From the NCBI GenBank assembly GCA_963817895.1, contig CAWFQB010000014.1:1-64000 (forward strand): a stretch of DNA of 64,000 nucleotides, read 5' to 3'. The position numbers and the translations under genes were made by a program. Every line of letters starts with the position of its first letter. The first letter of the stretch is position 1. This document shows, piece after piece, positions 46,045 through 56,665 of the stretch. Below the pieces are notes generated by a model, which searched no databases, was not told the origin of the DNA, and worked only from the letters and a program-made list of their open reading frames with translations. The stretch comes from an uncultured Chthonomonadaceae bacterium (GTDB lineage Bacteria; Armatimonadota; Chthonomonadetes; Chthonomonadales; Chthonomonadaceae).

Positions 46045-46990
46045 GTGGCGCAGGTACAAATGACGCACCGGGCTATGGGGACGTACTTCGAGGTCGCGCT
46101 GTATCGGGCAGAAGGAAGCGTATCTGCATGGCGTTGCCGAAGCCGTCATGGCTGAAATTGATCGGTGGGAGCAGAAACTCAGCTACTATCGGGACGACAG
46201 CGATGTGCGGCAAATCAATGCGGAAGCCGCGCAGCATCCGGTATATCTTGATCCCGCCACGTTCGGACTGCTCAAGCGGGCGCGGGAACTGATGATTTAC
46301 AGAGGGCACGTTCGATATAACGGTTGCGCCCCTGATGCGCTGCTGGGGGTTTGTGGGCGCGAGCGGGCAGATGCCGGATGAAAAAGCGATTGCTAAGGCG
46401 CGTGAAGTGGTGGGCATGTCGCATGTGCATCTGGATGAGCTGGCGTATACCATTGAATTTGACCGGGAAGGCGTTGAGATAGATTTAGGCTCGATAGGCA
46501 AGGGGTTCGCCATTGAACGCGCCATACAACTGCTGGAAGAGTACGAGATTGAAACGGCTCTGATGCATGGCGGCACGAGCGCGGTATATGGGTTAGGAAC
46601 GCCGCCGGAATGTGGATGGATGGAAAATCGCGCTGCAAAAACCGTTCTGTGAAGAAGGGCAGAACCTTGCCGTTGTGGAATTGCAGGATATGAGTTTGAG
46701 CGTGTCCGCGCCGCATGGCAAGTGGTTCGCTTCGGGCGGCAAGCGGTACGGGCATGTGATTGATCCGCGTACCGGCTATCCGACAAGCCGCAATCTGCTG
46801 GCCGCGATTGTAATGCCGTCACCGACAGATGGGGATGCGCTGTCTACGGGATTGCTGACGCTTGGGCATGATTTTCTGGAAAAACTGGAAGCCTTTTCGC
46901 CGGACATACGCGCATTGGTGGCGGAAGAGAACGATGCGGGAGAGATGCGCAGCGTATTCGCAGGGTGTTGCTCTTTTGTCGTGAAAATGT
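46045..46990 (+). CDS. apbE: FAD:protein FMN transferase (frameshifted; ends approximate)
   Basis: AMGT, SDVRQIN, FDITVAPL, IDLGSIGKGFAI, GHVIDPRTGYP, DALSTG. Confidence 0.88.
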
Positions 46991-47070
46991 GGCACAATTT
47001 CGCTGTGTTTTCGTCTATAATAAAGGAAGAATTTGTAGTTCGCTGGTCAGGATTGAGGAGGTCTGCAAAA

Positions 47071-47744
47071 ATGTACGAATCTAGTATGTCCGGTTACGGT
47101 CGCCAGTATGTCTCAGGACGCGCGTATGACGTTTGTGCGCAAGGTCTACGGGCTGTTTTTCGCGTCCATTTTGATGTCCGTCATTACCGGATTTTTGAGT
47201 ACACAGCCGGGAACTATACAAGCGGCTTGCGATATGAGTTGGCCGGTGTGGGGCTTGATGTTCCTGATGGTGTTTACCTTCCGGTTTACGAAAAAGATAC
47301 CAGGTTTGAACGTGTTCATGTTGTTTGTGTTCAGCGGATTGGGAGGCGTGCTGTTCGGCCCACTGTGTTATATCTACAATGAGAGAGTGCCGGGGCTGCC
47401 ACTGGAAGCGGGTATGCTGACCGCTGCGGTGTTCGGCGGATTGACCCTGTATGTTATGTTCACGCGGCAGGACTTCAACTTTCTGGGAGGATTCTTGTTC
47501 ACGGCGTTCTGGACGCTGTTCATGGCGGGATTTCTTGATGATGTTCTTCCATATCGCCGCGCTGACAACCGTTTACTGCATTGCGGGAGTTCTGATTTTT
47601 GCCGGATTTGTCCTGTATGACACTTCCAACATTCTGAATCGCTTGCGATCCGATGAGGCAGCCATTGGCGCGTTAGACCTGTATGTGGACTTCCTGAATC
47701 TGATGATGATGATTATGCGCCTGCTAGGTGGCAATCGCAATTAG
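47071..47744 (+). CDS. Bax inhibitor-1/YccA family membrane protein (frameshifted)
   Basis: FVRKVY, QDFNFLG, FVLYDTS, ALDLYVDFLNL. Confidence 0.88.
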
Positions 47745-47863
47745 AAGTGTTGCTGTCCCACAAGACTGACAAACTTCTGAGAGTAGGAGAGGACGATAGC
47801 AACAGTAAACCTGAAGCTATCGTCCTCTGTTTTCGTATATAAGTTCATAAGAGGGAGAAGGTT

Positions 47864-48172
47864 GTGGCAGAGGGTGGACTTGCAATTTGTATACTGATTA
47901 CGCTGATGTTTGCCGTGTTCATCGTGTGGGCGAGAACGGCGGCGGGACAGGCAAGTCTGCGTCAAACATTAGGCGAGAGGCCACCGCCGCGTAAACCGCC
48001 CGCGCAACGTCCGAAGCCACGCGCTGCCGGAAAGTCTCAGCCTGCGCAACGTAAACCTGCTGCGCGGCAAACGCCGCAATCCTCAAACACAGCGACGAAG
48101 AAAGCCACTCCGAAAGCGAAGGCAACCCCGACAGATACAAACAGCAAGCCGCGAACGAAGCCTCGCGCTTAG
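47864..48172 (+). CDS. hypothetical membrane-anchored basic Lys/Pro/Ala-rich protein
   Basis: SD GGGAG, one TM helix then low-complexity tail. Confidence 0.55.
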   Translation: MAEGGLAICILITLMFAVFIVWARTAAGQASLRQTLGERPPPRKPPAQRPKPRAAGKSQPAQRKPAARQTPQSSNTATKKATPKAKATPTDTNSKPRTKPRA

Positions 48173-48193
48173 AATAGCCCTCAACCTTTTTTT

Positions 48194-48246
48194 ACCTCAC
48201 CCCCGGCCCCTCTCCTTGCCGCGCAATGCGCTAGGAGAGGGGAGGC
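48194..48246 (+). repeat. REP-like palindrome, subfamily A
   Basis: CCTCACCCCCGGCCCCTCTCC...GGAGAGGGG. Confidence 0.85.
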
Positions 48247-48309
48247 AGGCTAATATGGGATATATTTGGTTAAAGGAAAATTTTGATAAAGTTGGGAGCA
48301 GGGAACCAA

Positions 48310-48711
48310 TCAGATTGCCGTCAACTCGAAATCATCCGGCAATTGGGCGCAAATTTGGTTTACCAATTCTCTAAGGGTGGCTTCCTCGAAGACATGAGAT
48401 TGCAGCAATTGGGTTATCAGCGAAGTGGGGGAGCCGTTGTATAAACGCTCTATTAGTTCGTTGGTGATGCCTGCTTGAATATCTTCACGGGTCACGTTAG
48501 CGCGATACGCGAACATGCGCGTCCCCGCCCGCGCCTCGTGCGATACCATTCCCTGTTTTGTTAGATTGGTGAGTACCGTCAGGACTGTAATATACGCGGG
48601 CGTTTTCTCGCCTGATAGATCGGCGATTACCTCATGGACGGTCGCTTCGCCCCGCTGCCACAACACGTTCATGATCGCCAATTGCAGTTCTGCCCAGTTA
48701 ATCATGCTCAT
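48310..48711 (-). CDS. BlaI/MecI/CopY family transcriptional repressor
   Basis: IMNVLWQRGEATVHEV, AYITVLTVLTNL..G, LYNGS..L. Confidence 0.85.
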   Translation of the reverse strand: MSMINWAELQLAIMNVLWQRGEATVHEVIADLSGEKTPAYITVLTVLTNLTKQGMVSHEARAGTRMFAYRANVTREDIQAGITNELIERLYNGSPTSLITQLLQSHVFEEATLRELVNQICAQLPDDFELTAI

Positions 48712-48718
48712 GTGTGGA

Positions 48719-48792
48719 ACCTCACCCCAACATCTCTCCTGACCGCTCACATGAACCCGCGTTCACGGCTTATACCTCGCCAGGAGAGGGGC
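48719..48792 (+). repeat. REP-like palindrome with extended loop
   Basis: CCTCACCCCAACATCTCTCC...GGAGAGGGGC. Confidence 0.8.
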
Positions 48793-48806
48793 TTATCTAA
48801 ATCCAA

Positions 48807-51633
48807 TTATGGAAAATCAAGAGATTTGTCTTTGCTGTTTTTCTTCTCTTTTCGGAACTCGCGGATGGTCACGGGGTCAACCGGGAGTGGGCGAATGGTG
48901 GCATTGGGAGTGAATGGCTTGTCCGTGATGGCGATGGCGTCTATGGCAAAGGAGTATTCATGCGTGGCGGCAGTCGGATCGGTGGCTTCAATAGAGAGTT
49001 TGTTTTCTCCTCGCGTGAGTTTCGCGTTGCCCAACAGCACCCACCCGAAACGCTCATTTAGATAGGAAGGCCCGTGCGGGAGCGGTTCGGCAATGTCTTT
49101 ATCCGGGTCGTTGTTCATCTGCCATTTGATAGGCGAGGTATTCGGACCGGGCAGTGTGCCTGCAAGCCATATTTGATACACTCCGTCATGGCTGATGGGA
49201 AATTTGTAGTAGGCTTTGTAGGGCAGGCCGGGAAGGGGCGGGTTGGGCGTGGACAGGCGGCGATACGCGCCCTGACTGGCTTCGGGATGACCGGCGCGTT
49301 CGTTGAACAGGTTGATCAAATCCGATTCGCCCTCGATCCAGATGTACGGCTGCGCGTCGCCGGTGAGAATTTCCAGTTGATTCCGCGCCAGAATGTACGC
49401 CTGCTCGTAGTTCTTTTTAACGTAATAGTCTTTGCCCTGATCTAAGGCCAGATGCGAATTCTCCGCGCCGAATATCTTTTGCAGTTTAGCGATCTCGTAC
49501 AGCGTCGCCAGTTGCAGCAGAGCGTCTTCGGCGGCCTCCTGCGGCACGGGCGGCAGATTGGTTCCGAACTGTAAAATGGCAGGCGTGGTATCGAGGGTGA
49601 TTTCCACTATATTTTTTGTAATGCTTTTGACGGGGATGGGCGTCCCTTCCGGCGTATACGCGCGCACAAGGGCAGGATTGGATACCGCGAAGTGCGTTTT
49701 GCGCTGGCCGGTAAGCGAAAGCATCACGGTGGAAATCGGTTCGCCGTCCGCCCGTTGAAGGTTGTAACCGGCATAAGCGGGCCACAGGTCTATGGCGGAG
49801 GGTTGCGTTTGCAGGCTGTCGCCGGGGAACGAACCGGGCAGCCAGTAGACGCCGGATGTGCCGGGAATCAGGCCGGCATGGGCGGGGCCGGAAGCGGTAT
49901 AGGGATAGAACAGAACACGCGGGGCGGAAATTGGCCGCGTTGTTGTCCCTGTGCAGGGTATTGGCGTACTCACTCAGCCACGACAGGCTTTCAGGATTAG
50001 TCAGCCAGTCCGGGTTGATTCCCCTCCGGGCTGGCGCCCGACTCCCTGAAGGCTTTTGACAAAGAAGCCTTTGATGCCAATGTGCCGCATATCTTCAAAA
50101 TCGCGCGACAGGGCAAGGCGGTTGGCATAGGTTTGCGCAGAGGCAGTCTGTGGCGTGGCAAGCGCGGCTGTCTTAACTTGAGCCGCAGCGGGAACGGACT
50201 GCGCTGATTTCCGTGCTGACAAACCAGGTGGCGTGGGCGGATTGTTCCGCCTGACTGTAGGCTGGCCCGAACTGGCGGGAGATACGCGCTGTATCTCCGA
50301 AGGCGGTGTTCAGGGCAAGGCCGTCGAAACCGCCACTGCGGGTATTGTTGGCAAAGAAGGAACCGGAAGCGTTCCATGTGTAGACGACGGGAACATTGGC
50401 GACATTTTTTTTCAGCACGTCCGCTATCGTGTTCATATAGTAATTGATGCTGTTGTCGCGGCAGGTCTGAAAATCGTTCCACCACTGCGAATTGGGCGCG
50501 GAACGCGTCCCTTCCAGCATGCGGTGAAAGCGTTTGGTTTGCGGGTCATAGAAATAGGGGCAGCCGGTATACGACCACAGGGGAACCAGACGGGCAAGGT
50601 CTGCAAAGTTTTGAAAGCGATCCGTCAGCGCCCATTTGCCCCGCGCCTCTTCAGGACTGGCATAGCGGCGGCGCAGGTAGCTTTCCCATGACAGGCGAAA
50701 GGCGGGCAAATCGGGAATCAGAAAGGGCGCTTCGCCGCTCAATCCTAAATGGCGGGCAAGTGGGTCGAGGAAAAAGCGCAGTCCCGGTCCCCATTTGATC
50801 TGAGATTGGGCAGCCAGCAAACGGTCGCGGTAACTGTCAAAACCCGTCCAGAGATCGGGCATTCGGCCCGCATCCTGTCCTGTCAGCGTCTTATGCGGAA
50901 GGAGCATCACGTAGGGGTGCGCGACGGAGGCCGGGGACTCGACGGGGATGCTCAGAACGCCATCGTGAACAGGCACTTCGAGCGGTTCGCGGAAGATCGC
51001 GCTATCGTTCGCGCCATCGTACATCACGATAACGCCCCGATCCGTGTCCGGGGTAATCCACTGAGTGGACAAGACGGGGTCCGCTACCAGCACGGGTTTG
51101 GCATCGGCGCGATACACGGACGGCTTCACGACATGGCCGGTCAGTGGCTGCGTTATGCCTGCCCCGAAGGAGACGCCATAATGAAATCCTTTGGCGTCCA
51201 GATGATCCAGCAGGCGCTGAATGGAACTGACGGGAACATCGGCAAGCGGCTGCGAGGGCCAGACGATAATGTCATGTATGCCACCCGAAAGCAGGGTATC
51301 CAGGGCGCGAACATCCGCCTGCCAGTCCGCCTCGGACGTGGAAGCAAAGGAGCGCGGCGTAAACGTGCCGCCGACGGGGAGATAGGAGGCTTTGTCCCAT
51401 ATCAGAGCGTGAGCGCCGTTGATTTGCCAAACGTGGGCTGTCTTTGTCTTGTCGGTAAATACGCCTTCACTGGTGATTTTATTGAGTTTGTGTGAGGCGA
51501 GCGGGGGAGGAGCGGCCTGCGCAGGCGTTTGCGTCTGCGCCTGTGTCGGCAACCGGGTGGCAGCCCACAGCAGGCAGGCGGCGGCAAATGTCAGGGCAGG
51601 AGTGATTCGCGGGCTGAAAACGTTTTGGCGCAT
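48807..51633 (-). CDS. large secreted hypothetical protein, glycoside-hydrolase-like barrel plus C-terminal beta-sandwich (frameshifted)
   Basis: Signal peptide; ORFs 50173-51684, 50001-50222 and 48807-49973 join; WIEGE...GVYQIWLAG...IDAIAIT CBM-like end. Confidence 0.6.
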
Positions 51634-51782
51634 AGTGGTGAAGCTTTCAAACGAACAGGAGGCGACAGGAAACTGCGGCGGCAATCATCGTTGCCGCCGG
51701 GTCGCCGGGATGCTGCATCGGCGCAGCGTGAGGACGAAACATTTACAGGTATACGAACAGCAGAAAAATGACCACGCGCCGG

Positions 51783-52134
51783 TCAGTATTCGTCAACGGG
51801 TGAAAACGCGATTACGGTTACGGTGTCTTCCACAGAAATATCATCGGAATAGATGCGGCGCATAAGATGAATCAGGTCTTCGGATCGTGCGAAATTCCGG
51901 GTTTTCCTTCTGAATTTCACGCGGCGATAGCGAGTCTATAGTTTTGATTTCCACCCGGTCTATAATGGCGGTGAACAGCTTTTGCCGCCGGCCAAAGCGG
52001 GGGCCAATGGTGATCCAGACAATCTGGCCAGCGTCGTACTTTGCGGATTTATCGCCAAGCCGGATGGTTACGGTTTTGCGCCCGTTGCGCAAAACTTCTT
52101 CATAGAACTCGCTGTAGAAATTCAGAGCATACAT
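51783..52134 (-). CDS. ASCH-domain protein (one frameshift near 51880)
   Basis: LNFYS...GRKTVTIRLG...YDAGQIV; restored end EDTVTVIAFSPVDEY. Confidence 0.75.
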
Positions 52135-52350
52135 GCGGCACTCTCTTCTTGAAAACCCCGGTATTCCGGTGTTTGGTGTTCAGGTATTCGGTTTGTACTC
52201 TGCTTGAAGGATAGACAACATAGAAAAATATATTACTATGGAGCAGTCTTCAAGCTATTGGGTAGAGAAGTTATCATAACACAAACCGCGCCGAACGTCA
52301 ACTCTGAATCGGTTTTAAGACGATTCAGCCGTGTTCAATGGTTCGGATAT

Positions 52351-52404
52351 GGCAGGGCGCAATTTATCGTCTGCCGGGGAGGACACAACAAGTTGTGTCC
52401 CTAC
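52351..52404. repeat. GTAG-type REP (minus strand) with degenerate inverted partner
   Basis: Reverse strand reads GTAGGGACACAACTTGTTGTGTCC (GTAG plus palindrome). Confidence 0.55.
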
Positions 52405-52474
52405 GAACGTTTATTTGAACGGTATTGCCTTCAAAAAGAGGGCAGGGTTGAGCTAATATTGAGCGCAAGCGTGT

Positions 52475-54302
52475 TTACATTTCCTGCGGCGCGGATACGC
52501 CGAGCAAGCCGAGCAGATTGCTCAGGACAATTCTTGCGCTGTTGACGAGGGCGAGACGGGCCAGACTGAGTTCGGGTTCTACGGGTTTGTCGCCGCGTGG
52601 AAGCACCTGACAGTTCTCGTAGAAAATATTGAGCAGCGAGGCCATGTCTATGCCGTAGTGGGTCAGGCGGTGCGGCGCGTACTTTTCGGTTGCGACGCGT
52701 ACCTCTTCCGGGTAATCGGCCAATTTGCGCAACAAATCCAGTTCGGACGGCTGCGCGAGCAGGGAACGATCCACGTCCACAGCGGCGGCAAGGGCAATGT
52801 TTTCCGCCTGAGCTTTGCGCAGGATGCTGCACAGGCGGGCATGGGCGTACTGCACGTAGTAGACCGGGTTTTCCTTGTCCTGACGTTTGGCAAGTTCCAC
52901 ATCTACGGTTGCGGGCGTTTCGTAACTGTTGAGCAGGAAGTAGAAGCGGGCGGCGTCTTTGCCGATGTCGTCTACCAGGTCTTCTTTGAGTTCGATAACA
53001 TTGCCCTGCCGCTTGCCGCCGATAACGGTTTCGCCGTCGCGCACGAGGGATACCATCTGCGTCAGGACGATTTCCAAATTTTCGGGCGGGTAGCCGAGCG
53101 CGGCAACACCCGCTTTCAAACGCGCCACATAGCCGTGATGGTCGGCCCCCCATATATTGATGAGTTTGGTGAAGCCGCGCGAAAATTTGTTGTCGTGATA
53201 GGCGGCATCGGCGGCGACGTAGGTGGCCTTTTCATTGGAGCGCACCAGAACGCGGTCTTTGTCGTCCCCGAGAGCGGACGAGCGCAGCCAGAGCGCGCCC
53301 TCCTGCGTGTAGGTGTAACCGCGCTCCGTGAGGTATGGCAATGGCCTTTTCAACTGAATCCAATTCGTACAGGCTGCTTTCGTAAAACCACGTATCGTAA
53401 TGGAGGCCGAACGAATCAAGAGCGGCCTTCTGCACAGCGATCATGCCTTGTAGCGTCTGCTTTCGGAAGAAATCTCTGGCTTCCGTCACGTTGATAGAGG
53501 TGCGGTACACATCGGGCATAGCAACGCCAAGCGCGTGGGCCGCCGCGCCCGCGTAGCGATTGCCGACCTGATCTATAATGGAACGGGCAATATCTTTGAC
53601 ATATTCGCCCCGATAGCCGTTTGCGGGAAAAGGGACGGGCGGCAGGAGAGTGGAAGCGTCCGTACCCGGTTGTGTTTCCGTTGTAGTGTCGCCGTTCTCG
53701 TTCTGAAACTGAAGCGGATGCCCCAATTGCTGGAGATAGCGGGCCATCACGGTTTCGCCGAATTTTTCCAGTTGCAGCGAGTTCAGCGCGTCGTTGATGT
53801 AAAATTCGCGGCTGATCGCGCAGCCCTGCGAGGCCAGCAGGTTGCCCAGCACATCTCCCAGAGCCGCCGCCCGTCCATTGACCACGCTGATGGGGCCGGT
53901 AGGGTTGGCGCTGACGAATTCGATTAGAATCTTTTCGCCATTGCGGGCGTTGGACGTGCCGTAGCAGCGGTCTTCAGTTTCTATTTTGACCAGCGTATCC
54001 TGAAGCCATGTGGGTTTCAGGTAAAAGTTCATGAAGCCGGGGCCGGCGATTTCCACGCGGTTGATGAGCGGGTTTTCCTGCGGCAGATGACGCAGAATGC
54101 GTTCAGCGATGTCGCGGCTATTATTAATGCCTGTCGCCTTTTTCAGCGTCAGGGCAATGTTGCAGGAGTAATCGCCAAACTGCTTGTTGCCCGGCGTTTC
54201 CAGTTTCACCGCCATATTTTCGTCACTGAGGGTAAATTCGCCCGCGTCCCGCGCCGCAAGCGTGGCCTGTGTAATCAGCGCGGCAAGATCATCTGTAATC
54301 AC
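52475..54302 (-). CDS. argS: arginine--tRNA ligase (frameshift near 53340)
   Basis: FGDYSCN, AGPGFMNF, EFVSANPTGP, DDKDRV, WGADHHGY, NPVYYVQYAHAR, LGVSAPQEM. Confidence 0.95.
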
Positions 54303-54328
54303 GAACCGGACTCCTTGAATATTCACAT

Positions 54329-55540
54329 CTAATGGTGGCTGAAATGGGCGCAGGCGAGCGTATAGAGAAAAACCGCTCCCGATACAATCAACATTCCCAG
54401 CATGTTTTGCAAAAATCCCATGCACCAGACGCGGCGCAGAAGCGTGACGCGAACGGGCGGACTGGTATAATAGGTTCCTAAAAGCGCGCGGGCGGCGGCG
54501 ATGCCGCTGGCGATTTGACGCTCCGAGGCGGGGCGCGTGGTGAACACCGCCTGCAAAAACGTGCCCACTTTGCGCCATGTCAACAGGGTAATCAGGCCGG
54601 AAACCAATAACGCGGATTCCACGTCCATATTGAGCAGGCTGACGAGCAGGGGACTGATGGAAAAGAGTATCAGGCCAATCGCCATGATGTTGGTTCCGCA
54701 GCGCGGATGCGGGCGCGGCATACGGCAGACGATTTCCGGCAGTAGACGCTCATTGCGCTCAATGGCATGAACCGTCTGGTGTTCGGCGGCATGGTAGCCG
54801 GCCAGACTGGTCGCGCGCATCAGGCCGAAGAAGACAAGATACATGAGCAGTTTCAGCCCGAAACCGAGCAGGCTGACGGCAGGCGGCAGGCGCGTGCTTA
54901 AATCGCCTACATCCAGCAGGTCGCTTCCCTGCGGCAGGCGAACATAATGCTGTATCCATTGCAGTCCGGTATCCGTAATTGTGGTAGCCAGTAAAAGCAG
55001 ACCGGCGATAATCATACCCGATGTGACCAGCGCGAGATTGCTCGCGCCCGCCTGAACGGTTCCATCGGTGAGATAAACGCCAAACGGCGTTGCCATTCCC
55101 CCGATGCTGCCGGGGCGCGAAACAGGACCATCAGCCGTCAGCAAATCGCTGTAAACGACAACGCCGAGCATGTAACCGTGATCGTCCACGACGGGCAGGG
55201 CATACATCAAATCTAAATTATGCGCGATAAACTGGTTCTGCACCTGCTCGGGAGACATGGCGGGATGCGCGACAACATCCGGCGCGCGCATGACGCTGGA
55301 AAGCGGGCGGCGTAAAATGGCATTTACTTCGGATGGATTTTGCTGTTGAAGCAGGGGAATCACGTCCGACTGGCGAACTATGCCAATTATCTGATTGTCG
55401 CGCAGGATTGGCAGGCTGCTGCAAGCGCATTGGCGGCAGACGCGGACAAAGCGCTCCACGCTGTCCTCCGGGTATACCGGCGGAACTGCCCGGAGTATGG
55501 CGCGTAGGGAAACTGTGGGAATGGAAAATCCTGCGGACAT
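54329..55540 (-). CDS. CBS-pair plus DUF1385 membrane protein
   Basis: Two CBS domains; YHAAEHQTVHAIE, HPRCGTN, TTRP. Confidence 0.82.
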   Translation of the reverse strand: MSAGFSIPTVSLRAILRAVPPVYPEDSVERFVRVCRQCACSSLPILRDNQIIGIVRQSDVIPLLQQQNPSEVNAILRRPLSSVMRAPDVVAHPAMSPEQVQNQFIAHNLDLMYALPVVDDHGYMLGVVVYSDLLTADGPVSRPGSIGGMATPFGVYLTDGTVQAGASNLALVTSGMIIAGLLLLATTITDTGLQWIQHYVRLPQGSDLLDVGDLSTRLPPAVSLLGFGLKLLMYLVFFGLMRATSLAGYHAAEHQTVHAIERNERLLPEIVCRMPRPHPRCGTNIMAIGLILFSISPLLVSLLNMDVESALLVSGLITLLTWRKVGTFLQAVFTTRPASERQIASGIAAARALLGTYYTSPPVRVTLLRRVWCMGFLQNMLGMLIVSGAVFLYTLACAHFSHH

Positions 55541-55547
55541 ACTTCTA

Positions 55548-55577
55548 AGTATACACTCCCTGCGCCTACGTTTGCAA
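55548..55577 (-). promoter_or_regulatory. sigma-70 promoter directly before the CBS/DUF1385 start codon
   Basis: TTGCAA-18 bp-TATACT, 7 nt before ATG. Confidence 0.6.
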
Positions 55578-55710
55578 GCGGCTTGAAGCAGACAGCGGAG
55601 GGAATATTGAGTTAATCGCGTCTGTCAGCATCGGGAAGCATGGCTGCCGCGCTTTGTATCGCAGTTTGGGCGTTCCGCAATGTCAGTGACAAAGTTAGTA
55701 ACGGGAGAAT

Positions 55711-56599
55711 ATGAGCGAAAAAGCGGTTCTGATTGTGAATACGAAATCTCGCCGGGGCCGGGACTGCTTTGCGCAGGCGCAGGCGGAACTACAGGCCAAA
55801 GGAATGGAGATTACGCAGGCATTGGCCTGCCGCGATCCCGAAACAAGTTCCCGTTGCGGCGCAAAGCGCGGTGAAGCGGGGCGAGTCGCTGGTCGTTGTG
55901 GGCGGCGGGGATGGGACCCTGAGCAGTATTGCGGGCGCGTTTGTGGGAACACAGAGCGTGTTGGGCGTACTGCCGCTTGGGACGGGAAACGAATTCGCGC
56001 GGGATTTGACTATTCCCTCGGATGTGTCGGGCGCGTGTGACGTGATTGTGTCCGGGCAGGTTACGGCGGTTGATCTTGGCATTGTCAACGGCAGCTATTT
56101 TATCAATGTGGCAACGGTGGGACTGACAACGCTGATCGCGCAGGAACTCACAAGTGAGGCGAAAAAACGCTTCGGCAAGTTCGTTTATCTGTTTGCCGTT
56201 GTTCGCGCTCTGGCCCGCAGTCGCGCTTTTCAGGTGACGCTGAAAACTGAAGAGGATACGCAGACGTTTCAGACACTACAGGTGGTTATCGGCAACGGCA
56301 GATTTCATGCCGGCCCGTTTCCGCTTGCGCCGGACGCGAGTATTACGGATGGCAAACTGGTGGTGTATGCGCTGGCCGGAACAAGCCGGTGGGATTTATT
56401 GCGCTACGCCCTGAATTTGCCGGGCGGCCACCATGTAGAATTGCCGAATGTGCCTGCGGTAACGACGAGTGGGGGCAGATTGGAAACATTGCCGTTACAG
56501 CGGGTGACGGTTGACGGCGAGATTTGCCAGCGCACTCCGCTTGTCTTCGGGGTCGCGCCCCGCGCTTTGAACGTGAAGACGCCGATTGGTTTCAGTTAA
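55711..56599 (+). CDS. YegS/Rv2252/BmrU-family lipid kinase (frameshift near 5' end)
   Basis: LIVNTKSRRG, GGGDGT, LPLGTGNEFAR, IGNGRFHAG, VDGE. Confidence 0.9.
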
Positions 56600-56665
56600 T
56601 CGTAAGTGGAGTTGTCAGGAGAGACTATTTCGGCCAACAATTTAATTGTGGAAACGAGGCAGAGT

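Noticed and set aside
46612..47382. ApbE-Bax inhibitor fusion
   Set aside because: The BI-1 gene has its own TATAAT and GAGGAG SD at 47071; read-through is probably an indel artefact
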